A stretch of 64,000 nt of DNA, from contig JAYWIR010000001.1 of assembly GCA_036172245.1 (NCBI GenBank), positions 10,044,001 to 10,108,000 on the forward strand, given 5' to 3'. The notes below the pieces were generated by a model that ran no database searches, had not been told where the DNA came from, and saw nothing but the letters and a program-made list of their open reading frames with translations. This stretch comes from Raillietiella orientalis (Eukaryota). Position 1 is the stretch's first letter. The number at the start of each line of letters is the position of its first letter. Shown in pieces: positions 53,731 through 64,000 of this stretch. Position numbers and translations under genes: made by a program.

Positions 53731-54164
53731 AGCGCGGACACTCTCAGGAAGGAGGTCATCCTCCCATATAGTGAATCCTCATTCCGATAGTTCAGGCATC
53801 CTCGATTGGAGGAGGAGGGAGGGAGACAAAAATCCAGTAGTTTCCAGACTGCAGGCTGGATGGAAAAACAATTCCGCCAGAGGGAACGCCGTAATGGCGA
53901 AAACGGCAGCAGCAGTCAGGGGATCGAGGAACAGGAGGGTAGAACCGAGCTTCCCTGGAATTCCAGCAAGCCTGAGTCCAAGGGGCTACCTGGAAAACCG
54001 GGAGGCTGAGATCTGGAATGAATCCGGTCCCGGGATAAGAGAGCAGGTCGGTGCGAGAGAAGACGTCGTACTGTTCTCGGGGTTCATGGGATGCAGCGGA
54101 GGAAGACGCAGCGGGAGAGCTCCAAGGTCTCCAGGAGAGCATCCGAAGTGAACCGCATCCGGAG

Positions 54165-54905
54165 AGCTTCTTTTGTTTCTCTGAGTACCTGAAGAACCGT
54201 CTCGCGCCCGGCGGCCCACGCAGCTCTTCAACGCTGTCCACTCCGCCCGAGGGTATGTGTCAACTCTCCAAGATAGGCAATACCCGGGGAGGGAACCATC
54301 CCATGAATCCATGAAGGGCACTGGAGAAGGAGGTTCGTTCCTCTCACGCCTTGAAGGGATCCCCGAAGGGAACCCTCTCCCCTGGTTGTCGCCGAGGGGA
54401 TCCTCGAAGGGAAATCTCCTTCCTTATTCTCTCCGGAGGGATCCTTCCGGAGAAAGGATCCACCCCTCGTTTCCTCCTCTAAAGAGAACCCTAAAGGGAC
54501 TCCTTCCAATTTCTCTGAATGATGCTCCTCGAAGGGACCAGAGCGCTTCTTACACACTGGAGAGGCAACCCTTCAAGGGAGGCATCAACCAGCTCCATGG
54601 TATGCAATGATGTGGCTCCACTTTCTCAACCGGAAGGGACCTCCGAAGGAAGCCAGCTCCTTGGTTCCTGATAGAACCCCGGAGGGTCAACTGCCGATCC
54701 CGGCCAGTCAACAGGGGCATCCAGTTTCCGGCTTTCAGCAGTGCCGCATCCGAAGACTACAGACCAACCAGCGTCATCTTGGGGGAGGCATTCGAACCAG
54801 CGACACACCCTTTTCTCTGGTGTCGATCCTTTCTTTCCCTCAGGCGGGATTCGAACCCACGACGCTTGATGCCACACGCGAAGACTGCAGCCACGTGGTC
54901 TCCGA
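54165..54905 (-). mobile_element. SINE-like family 1, full-length copy (best-preserved head)
   Basis: Minus-strand head ggagaccacgtggctgcagtcttcgcgtgtggcatcaagcgtcgtgggttcgaatcccgcc with a consensus B box GGTTCGAATCC; all internal blocks present in order. Confidence 0.78.
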
Positions 54906-55684
54906 GGCGGACATACAGGGAGCGACGGCGTTTCCCAACGCACATTGGAAGCACAAGGTGGGGGATGGGATGCTCCGCAAATAACGGATGTGGATGAAAA
55001 AATCAGTCCACGGACTGGGAACTGGGCTGCTAGGGCTTCTTTATTGGCCGTCAGAGATCCCTGGTTCATACCGGAAGGAGAGGGGAGAAGGTGGAGGGGA
55101 GTAGCAGCTGCGATTCTTTGGATCCCCGCGAGCATGGAACCCTGCGACCATCATCCCGTCGTGGACCTGATTTTCAAGCGTGGGATCATTTTCTCGCAAA
55201 ATCGATCCTCTCCCAGCACCGACTGACCTTTCCCTTCCAAGCGACCTCTCTTAGCCGCCTGTGACTTCTTCCCCAAGGGGAATTTTGGTTTCGGAGGGAA
55301 CAAAGGGAGCGACCGGGACACGACGCCGCGCTTCCAGGGAAGGCCTGGCACACCGCGCAACATCAAGCACTCCAGCATCTCCCCCGTAAAAGCGCGCGCG
55401 AGGGGGGGGGGGGAGGAAAGGGATCCAGAATCCCAGTGCCTCTATCCCTGAGATGCTTCTCTGTTCCTCGGGGGAGGAGGAGGAAGAGAGCTGAGATTCC
55501 TGGAAAATTACAATCCTCCATCCCCCACGACTCCAACAAGAAAGTCATGGGAAAGCACCGAGTCCCCCCGAAATTCCAAGGAGGTCACAATCGCCGATAG
55601 CAAGTATCCAGGAATTTTTCCACTCCCTCACTTTGCTCGAAATGAGCCTCATTCGAAACAGAGCGTGCAAATCATCGTTGTCGT

Positions 55685-55702
55685 CATCATCATCATCATC
55701 AT
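55685..55702 (+). repeat. (CAT)6 microsatellite
   Basis: catcatcatcatcatcat, about 35 nt into the intron from the donor of the 55736 exon. Confidence 0.9.
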
Positions 55703-55735
55703 GTTAACAATAAAACAACAACAAGAACACATTAC

Positions 55736-55848
55736 CGAGAACCATGTAGGTGCCTCGCAGTTTATCGTAAGTGGGCCATTGGGGAGTGGATGGGATCAGA
55801 TTTGCATCAGAAAGGGTTTCTTCTCTTTGCACAGGGTAATTTGGATTC
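55736..55848 (-). CDS. Nlg: Neuroligin-family gene A, penultimate coding exon
   Basis: Acceptor ccattccag| and donor CTCG|gtaatg, 113 nt, phase 2 in and phase 1 out, which matches both neighbouring exons. Translates (G)NPNYPVQREETLSDANLIPSTPQWPTYDKLRGTYMVL(G), the GxPN...WPxY...YxxxG segment. Confidence 0.92.
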
Positions 55849-56249
55849 CTGGAATGGATACTTGTTAATTAGCCGGCAACAGGAAGACATGAGGATTTTT
55901 TTAATGGCTCCACAGAGGTTGCTGAAACTCCCTCATCATTAGTCACGCCAGGGAAATGCAACCGGGGTCCCCGTCCTCCGACACAGAGGTGGGAGGCGAT
56001 AGAAAGCCCACGACCGTCCCTGGCAAGATCAAACTTCTATCGAAAAAGGTCAGATTCCAGGAGGTCGTGCTGACGGATTTCCTGCCCTGAGGGGCTTTCC
56101 GTCCAATGATGATTTCCTGACGCAGGCAGCGAAACAATATGCCAGTGAAGGGGCGTTTGCATTGAGGGGCATCTCAGGGGTGCGGACTGCTTGCTCTCGA
56201 TTTCTCCCTTACGCGGGCAGCCCCTTGCCGTTTCGAAGGGATTACGCTC

Positions 56250-59200
56250 CTAAATCTTACTGATCTCTCCCCGTGCCACCAACCACATGGATGAGTCGTT
56301 TCTTCGGCCTCAAGTCTGCTGGGAAAGAAGGTGTCGAGCGTTGAAACTGCCAAAAGGCCACCGTGACCTGGAGACAATCAACCAACGGAGAGAACAAGCC
56401 AAATCTTCTCTCTCTCTTGTTCTTACAAGCCATTTCGGGGAAGCGTTTGGGCCGATCTGCTGCTGGGAATCCATGCAAGAGAGATGCAAACCCAAACGTT
56501 TCCTGATTATCAACGCCGCAGTCCATCAGCGTCGCCGGAGCGACGACACCGGATTTTCAATCAGCTCACACGCGGAGGCAGCTTTGCAGGAGCAGAGTTA
56601 ACCAACAGAGCTGTGGCGGTTAGCCAGCATGACCCTGGGCGTGCGTGCTTCACCGACTTCTCGAAGTGAATGCAGATCGCAGAAGGACTGGTCCCTGCTT
56701 TTCGCTCCGGATCGCCAGTGTGAGCCCGAAAAGCTAGCTTTTCCGCTTTTTTCCAGCACTAGTGCTTCCGTTTAGGAGTTGCTGCTGAAGTGCAGCCTTG
56801 GAGAACTTGCTGCTCGGAGAACGCACGGCCTTCACGTTTTTTCCATTTCTTCCAGCTTCCCTCATCCGTTCTGCCACATACTGCTATAGTTTCTGCAGTG
56901 GGACGAACACTTGATCCACCGCTGCAGCAACGGCCTTCCTATCTTGACATTTCTTGTGCCCTGTATTTTATGGGTCTTCTTATTCGTCCACCGACTCGTC
57001 ACTAATCTTCGAATCACAAAGTGCACGAGGAAAGATCAAGAAGCAAACACGTCACTTCCTCCGGTCCTACATGTGATGCTATGCCGATGAAAGCCCTTTA
57101 AATACTTCACATGGAGGTTTTCCGTACCATCTAAAGCTGTCCCGAGGTCTTGTCGGCATACTCTGTTCAGGGACCAACCACAAATTGCCCGTTGGCACGG
57201 ACGAAATCGGTGCAGAAAACTGGAAGCTTCGGAAAATCGGTCACACGATCGACCTTTCCGAAGCCACGTTCGCAGCATAGAGACTTAAAGCAGGAAGGTG
57301 ATGCTGAGATCGAAAGACTTAGGAAGCAAAGCGAAGGGGCGACATTCTCACGGAACATTCAAACTGGTATAAGAAGGAAGAGAAGCCAGCAGTGCGGAAG
57401 ACTCTGCAGGCGGTGGCCCCGGTAGTGCAAGAAGTTCTCGACACGTAACGCAGAAGTGCGTGTTTGGCATTGACATTTTCCTCGAAGAGTCTTGAAATGT
57501 TCTAACATTTTCAACACGCGGAAGAAGCCGCCGCTCCACAGCAAGGAGCTCTAGTCGTTTCAATTGACGGCGTCTCGCTTCCGAGTGCTTCAGGACGCGA
57601 GGCTGGCTCCCGCGACGTTCCATGCACGCTAACGGATGCTTGCGGCAGCTTCGCAAGGATCTGCAGGACAGATGGAAGTTCTTCCTTTGCTCTAGTTCAG
57701 ATTTTCCGAGGTCAGATCAGGACTCTGAAGAGCAGAGAACAGGAATTGCGGGACATTTTGCGTTACTCCGAGAAGGATGAAACGGAGGACCTTGGACAAG
57801 AAGCAAGGATTTCTCATGCTCAGCCCCTCTGCGCTGCAGACAGTGTGCTTTTTCACTGTTTAGTTCATTTTCAGATTGCCATCTTTCGAGATGCTTTTGT
57901 CATTGGAAGAGAGCCGAGAAGCCGAGATGCTATCGTCAGAAGAATCTTTGGAGAGGGGGATTTGGAGTCCAACGCGGTAGCACAGCATTCCTGCCTGAGT
58001 GAGAGAGAGACGGCTGCTGCAGGAAACCAATCAGAAGTTTCAGAACCGAACTCGGGGTACGCCGCGACCCCTAGCTATGCAAAACATGCGGACTCTCGAA
58101 GACAGAGAAAGCCATCCAGATGCAAAGGGGCATCATCCTTTTCCAAGCTCAATCGGAGCGGCAAGACCTCAAGGCATGTGTAACAGCAGTGATGAAGTTT
58201 AAGAAGACGCAGGACTCATTATTAATTGGATGTGGCTGCACATCCGCGAAGGAAAATGAAATATCTGCAGTAGGCGCGCTGCACATCACGAGATAAACTT
58301 CTTGATTGATTCGCAGCTTCTACCAGCGGATGAAAATACGAAAGCCCAGGCACTTGAAACATATTTCAGAATTTTCAGATCATGAAAACTCACTGGAGCA
58401 GTTGGTATGTTCCCTCAGGAAGCCTGCAGTCCTATAAATTCTGTAGTCACAGAAGTTTTTTCTGTCCACAGTTGGTACGGTCGATGCAAAACGCTACCAA
58501 CGGACACTTGTCACAAGCCAAGGACCATGAAAATCGTAAGATCATTTCCCATTTCCTTGATTGTTTCACTTCGTCGAGAAGACACGAAAATTTTTTTTTT
58601 TTCCCTCTTGATCTTAGAGGCAATTGCAGGGAATCCCGAAACGTACCATCCGAAGAAATATGTGCCAGATTTCAGAGTGATAGAGTGGAATATCAGCGAC
58701 CCACACGAAGTTGATGACGCTACATGTTCGGAGAACTGAACTGGAGTCTTCTGGCATATGGTCGTGAACCAGTCTTTGACATCAGCCTTTTCTCGGTACA
58801 AATTTACCGAACGTTGTTTTCGCTCATCACCAAGTCATCAAGGGAGCCACAAGAAAGCGCACGGGGCTGCTGGATGACGTTTGCCTGACCGTAGTCGTGG
58901 GAGGCGAAATTCAAGATAGCGAAGAGTTGGCACGAGTGGGTGCTCTTCTTAGGATTAGGAGGCAAATTCTGCAGCACAGCCGAAAAATCCAAGAACACCT
59001 CAAAAGCGGAATTCGTAAAACCCTTTCCCCAAAATAGATACCCATATAAATAAAAAATTAATTAGATTACGTGCCATTAGAGCTCAGCGCTTTAAGGAAG
59101 TCTTTGAGTTGCTGGGCATCAGGAGAAAACTATCGATTGGTGAAATTATAAGACACAAGCCAGTCCTTGGGAGGAACAGAGGCAGTTCAGCTTTTCCTTC

Positions 59201-59630
59201 ATCATCATCATGAGAACAGCATGAAGCGATCACTCCCACCACATGAATTGACCACATGTATTTTGCTGTACATCATGTGCGCTAACATACGAGCGCATCT
59301 CTGAGAAACCGACCGCTCAAGAATGCTGGAACATGAAGCCACTTTCACATGACAAGAGATGCTTGTGTCCCCTTAATTGCCCAGTGCTCCTCTTCCATTT
59401 GCACTAAACAAAGGAGACTTCCTGAAGAGGAGTCCATTGCAAAACATCTGCACATCCAAGAGTGCTCCCCATTCGTTGAAGTTGCATTTCGAGATCGTCC
59501 GAAAGAATGCAGGACAGAGATCCGGTCCGAGGAAAGGATTACTATCCCGGATATAATTGAATCCTACTTTGCAGGAATGAAAAGGCTTCCTGGAGTGTCC
59601 TTCAACTTTCCATCAGACGTCGACTAAAGC
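56250..59630 (+). pseudogene. Nested antisense gene relic: ankyrin-like fragments followed by several Death-domain-like units
   Basis: ELLLKCSLGELAARRTHGL and KDQEANTSL (ankyrin-like); EIGAENWKLRKIGHTIDLSEA (~57200); VAQHSCLSERE..HPDA/ILFQAQSERQDLKACV (~57980-58190); LLDDVCLTVVVGGEIQDSEELARVGALLRIRRQILQH (~58870); IAKHLHIQE..RDRPKE..TIPDIIE (~59440). Three small exons with GT-AG introns join in frame (58379-58404, 58472-58535, 58618-58739). Confidence 0.4.
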
Positions 59631-61049
59631 AGCTTTGGCACCTTCCGTTAGGCCCTACAGACGAAAGCTGGCCCTACCCGTGAGGACGCCGACTTAGAAT
59701 ACGCTCGTCTCTGGAAGGATTTTGTGTGTGCGCGTGCACATGTGACATACGTGTGTGACACCACCGTTCTTTTGACTGTGGATGGTCAGGAAAACGGGAA
59801 TCTTCTTGGTGTTCGTGGCTGTCGGGCAGCGCAAAATCGATCGGTGCCAGGAGGGAAAAAAAATCACCTTCCAGGAAAGCGAAATCGAATTTGGAAGCTC
59901 GTTTTCCGAATTCCCCTTGGTTCTCTCCTCCTCGTTCCTGCTTCCTTACCTTGAATGGGACCCATGAACAGGAAACGTAGACGGTCTCCTCCATTTTCTC
60001 AAGATGACACGAAAACGGAATGAAGTTTCCTCTCCGCATTTGATCATCGGAAAAGTTTGAAAGGAGGCAGCAACATGGAAGGTTGCAAGTCGAGAAGTTG
60101 AGAATTAGAGAGACAGAGGGAAACTGTGGTTGCTGCTTGGATCCGCCAGCAAAGCAATCGGAGGACGGAAACTCTCCGGATGTGAAGACGAAACAGTTTT
60201 TGAATTGCATGGGACAAAGAGTAGGAAGTCCCTGTTGCTGCTACAAGTCGAACTGCCCCGGAGGCCACTCCCTCCTGTCAGGAAGCCATCCATGAAAGGA
60301 AAGAGGAATCAGGAAGGGACAGGTGGGCGGGCACTCCAAAGAATGAAGGATAAATTCCGAATCGACAGATGACGTACAGTGACAAAAATCCCAACCTCCA
60401 CGAGTAGCAGCGACTCCGAACTTTTGACACACAGATTGTGCTCAGAAACCCGTGATCCCTACGAGGCACCAGTCGCCCACTCGATCCTGGTATCTGAACA
60501 CGCTTCAAGGACACTCTTCTGACGGAAGGATGCCGGGAAACCAACGCCACGATTTGCTTCCCGCCTGCTGACGGGAACGGGTCCGCTGCACGTGGGAGCC
60601 CGTCCACACTAAAACGTCTCGGTATGACTATGCCTAGCGTTGCCCTGTGGCTTTCCTTCATGGTGCCAGCACGCAAGAAAAGGAAAACCTGAGCCCTAGG
60701 GACTGCCAGCATTCGTGGGAATGCTGCAGGTATGTTTCAGGGATGATCTCCTTCGACTTCCCAGGGTTCTCCTTACGCGCTGAATCGTCACGTGACCGTT
60801 CTGAAAACGCGAACGCATGCCGGAAGCGAGCACGCATCACTCGTTCCGTTGGTCCAAAAAGAGGAAACAGACAGGCGAGTGTCTGGTAATAGGTCACCGA
60901 TGGGATCTACAATTCCCGGAACGAACAATGAACCTGATGCAGTGAAGCACTAAATGGCAACTGCGCGCTCTTAGTCTTCTCATCAATGCAACTACCTAAA
61001 AATGGCAGCCGCCGGCCTCCAGAAACACATACTTTCAAAAACCCTTCGA

Positions 61050-61800
61050 GGGGGTATCCATCCAATTGCACTAATGCAAAATTTCGTCCCCAATGCGATT
61101 ACACTGAGTACCACCACAGTCGGAATCGAGACTCTTGTACAAAATTACTGAACACTGAGAAATAATCCACAGCACATCTCATCCTAAAATAGATAAATCT
61201 CCTTACAATCCTAATTGCCAATACGATCCTCACTGCAAATCTAAAAGAAAACGAAAAATATACAGCGATTCTTTCGTCACTCTGCACATTCTCAACTATG
61301 GAACACCCTATGGTACATAAGGAGGACCCCACTGGAACAGTAGCACAGGTTTACAGTTTAAAAATAAATAATACACCGCATTCTCACCTTCATAAACACC
61401 CATTCCAATAACACGGCAACATATAATCCACAAACCTACAGTCACGACCGCCGTTTCAACGGACCCTACCATGTAGATCAAAGAGAAAACTACCTACCAT
61501 ACCACAATCGTAGGCAGCTGTCTCTTAGCACCGACACACAATTATTATCACTCCAACTGCCCCCGCCAGTGCACGCGTGACCTACAAGTCTTTCATCCTC
61601 ACTCCACACCCTTCCTCGACAACCATCTTCCCATGTCAATCTCAACCCATACATCCTATAACACCCTCCCACCAACGCAACCATACCCAAATATAACAGT
61701 GCATAAACTACCGTGCCTACTATTCCCAAATACAAACGGTCTTTCCAATACAAACGTCAATCAATCCCAGTCTCAGCGGATATGATCTAGGAAGCCATAA
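61050..61800 (+). mobile_element. Probable decayed non-LTR retrotransposon (LINE) ORF2 3' fragment
   Basis: Abrupt A/C-rich, G-poor composition. KIYSDSFVTLHILNYGTP..PLEQ*HRF and NYLPYHNRR resemble the post-RT motif LYxSxVRPxLEY..LExVQRR..LxxRR. Many stops; no YADD core visible. Confidence 0.35.
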
Positions 61801-62360
61801 GCAGCCCTCTGCCAAATCCACCCCTTCAGGCATAATGACCGCCTCCCTCACGTGTGAACTCCCTAAGAGAAAAACAAGCTAGAAGATACACAACCATGAG
61901 CCACTATCAACGGCCCACGTCCTATTATGGAACGACAGTGCTGGTAAAACGCTGCGCAGTTTCACCCACACATTCCCCAGGAGAGGAGTAACGGCGTTCC
62001 GCGGAATTTTCGGGATAGACCTCTCCTTCAGCGTGGTGTGCACGAGTCGCCACCATTTGAAGGGTCTGTTCCCCCCTCGCGCGCCGTCACCGGAAGACAC
62101 CGCCTTGCGTGGTGAGATGTTGAAATGTGACCTCACACCAGGGTGCCAGCAGGTGGTCAAGCATTCAAGGAGAGGTGGGAAACGAAAGCAGACGAGCCAG
62201 CCGGGAGCGTGCGGAGCCAAACGTCCTGAAGCTGTCCCTGCTGAAAAAGGAAGATGATGGAAGTCTTGGACTTCCGGGTCCGCTTGGGGTCACGAAGTAA
62301 GAAAGCGTGTTTTTGGTTGGCCCCCGAAGGGTCAAAAGAAATAAACACGTGTGCTTATTC

Positions 62361-63235
62361 TGCATAGATTACTGTACAAACTTATTTTAACATGCATAAT
62401 TATTCCTATTTATTAACATACATATTACTAAGAGTACTATTAATGGAACAGACGTATTTATTAAGATTCAGTGACATACATTTTATTAATAAAATTGATA
62501 AGCTGTTGATTTTATTGTTGATATGTGCATGAAAAATTATAAAAAATGAATAGATACGCTTATTATACACACTAGTATTTATTAATAATACGAATGCACA
62601 TAGGAATATACATATGTGCACAAATGTAAATAGGGAAATGTAAATACATGCATATACACATATATATGTATGTAAATATGCATATGCATATATGTTTCTA
62701 CATACACATGTATATATTTACGTAAACGTACGTATATGGGTGTATTTGTATACACCTATATTTACACAGATATGTTTATATATGTATGTAAGAAATATAT
62801 CTTTTATGGATCCTTGGATATCAAATTTTCGCTTTTGTTAATGTGATTTGTTTGCATTTTAATTTTTTTTCCACTGTTTTCACCACGGCAACTTTTTATT
62901 TTCAAAAGTTCGATATTTATCTATTCAATTAATATACTTAAACACATATATGAATACATATAATAAGCGTATATATGTTTATTTTTTTATAATCTTCATG
63001 ATATGTATTATGAATCCACATATTAATATTTATATAAGTAAGCGTTTTGTACACTTTTAATATATATATATATATTAACAATATAATCAACAACTTATCA
63101 ATTTTATTAATAAAATGTACGTTACTAAATCTTGATAAATACATCTGTTCTATTAATATTACTGTTAGCAATATGTATGTTAATAAACAGGAATAATTAT
63201 GCATAGTAAACGAAATTTGCTTAGTCATCTGTGCA
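62361..63235. mobile_element. AT-rich foldback/MITE-like element with long inverted arms
   Basis: 62392-62521 is the reverse complement of 63075-63204 (130 nt ungapped, 13 mismatches by manual count). Similarity extends outward to ~62361/63235 and inward (62528-62566 vs 62959-63000) around a TA/CA-rich spacer. Confidence 0.85.
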
Positions 63236-63416
63236 CAGTGAGCGGATGTGTTTCCTTCTTGTAACCTTTCGGGATTTTGGGCTGGACCCGTTTTGGATGA
63301 GCCTCGACGAGAACTTCTGGAAGACCGAGTCCCCGGAAAGTGTCCAAGGGAGACCTCGGTTCGGAACCGCACCCACCTCCAGGGGCAGGGAAGAACCGTT
63401 GGTAGGGAATGCTTAC

Positions 63417-63559
63417 CCCGTTTTCACAAAGTTCCCCCAGTAGGTCATCATGATCTCCGACATGAACACGTCGTTTTTGGTGAAGCTGTAATTGTAGGGA
63501 ATCTGCCCTTTGGACATCAGAGGATAGCCAAATAAGTAGGGGATCTCTATCAGTGGCTC
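63417..63559 (-). CDS. Nlg: Neuroligin-family gene A, internal exon (C-terminal part of the esterase-like domain)
   Basis: Acceptor cttcatttcag| and donor GG|gtaagc, 143 nt. Translates EPLIEIPYLFGYPLMSKGQIPYNYSFTKNDVFMSEIMMTYWGNFVKTG, matching the neuroligin/cholinesterase motif ExPYxFG...SxxxMTYWxNFxKTG. Absent from the ORF track in this frame. Confidence 0.92.
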
Positions 63560-64000
63560 CTGAAATGAAGGAACAGTTGGGCCCAATAGCGACTACATAC
63601 CCCTTGCAGACCCTCCAAGCCCGACCCTGTGATTCCCGAAGAGAGAGCTTCCGGAAGCCGTGCGCTATGCATACAGAATCAAATTGTGAAATGGAAAGAC
63701 ATAAGTTGGCCACGCAGCACATGGCAGGGAAGGTGGAACGGAAAACGCTTCGAGGGGTGCGCATTCCCCAGAAGCATTTAGACTGAGGAAAAGCAGCAAT
63801 CAGTCAGCTTGGGAAGAAGTGGGAAACCGTCATCGCGAGGGCGAGGCGAATCCAATGCCTGAAAGACCTCACGGCGCCAACCACGAGGATCCTCGAACTG
63901 CCTGAAGTGAATCCGCCCACCCTCGTCCATCGCGGGCTTCAGCTGGCAGGCCACATAATCCAATGCATGCGAATGTGGCCGGAGAGAGCGTCCGTTTCCT

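Noticed and set aside
54835..54905. tRNA gene suggested by GGGTTCGAATCCC (also at ~6460, ~17475, ~48155)
   Set aside because: No acceptor stem or cloverleaf can be formed, and each is attached to the same repeat body, so these are SINE heads.
1..64000. Hundreds of 60-350 aa ORFs in the six-frame track
   Set aside because: GC-rich eukaryotic non-coding DNA. They overlap on all frames, are R/S/P/G-rich and lack domains; only 3937-4533 and 39674-41023 overlap well-supported exons in the correct frame.

Overview
Eukaryotic, arthropod-like genomic DNA with spliceosomal introns; most entries in the six-frame ORF track are spurious. The well-supported genes are two tandem neuroligin-family genes on the minus strand. 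Gene A has its last three coding exons at 63559-63417, 55848-55736 and 41037-39674; the splice phases join in frame, and it encodes a TM helix and a ~350-aa tail. Gene B has its first coding exon at 4533-4104, about 35 kb downstream, and the rest lies beyond the left edge. The intervening and intronic DNA carries about 14 diverged copies or fragments of a ~0.7-kb tRNA-headed SINE-like element, a second ~200-bp repeat, an AT-rich foldback element and a probable LINE remnant. It also holds several decayed plus-strand gene relics that I recognised only by manual translation across frames: a divergent myosin-motor-like gene with a perfectly duplicated exon, an ankyrin-repeat array, and an ankyrin plus tandem Death-domain-like gene nested antisense in a neuroligin intron. 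These relic calls are by-eye motif matches and need HMM confirmation. I found no rRNA, intact tRNA, CRISPR array or prokaryotic system, and no clearly novel functional system that I can support. Repeat and pseudogene boundaries are approximate.
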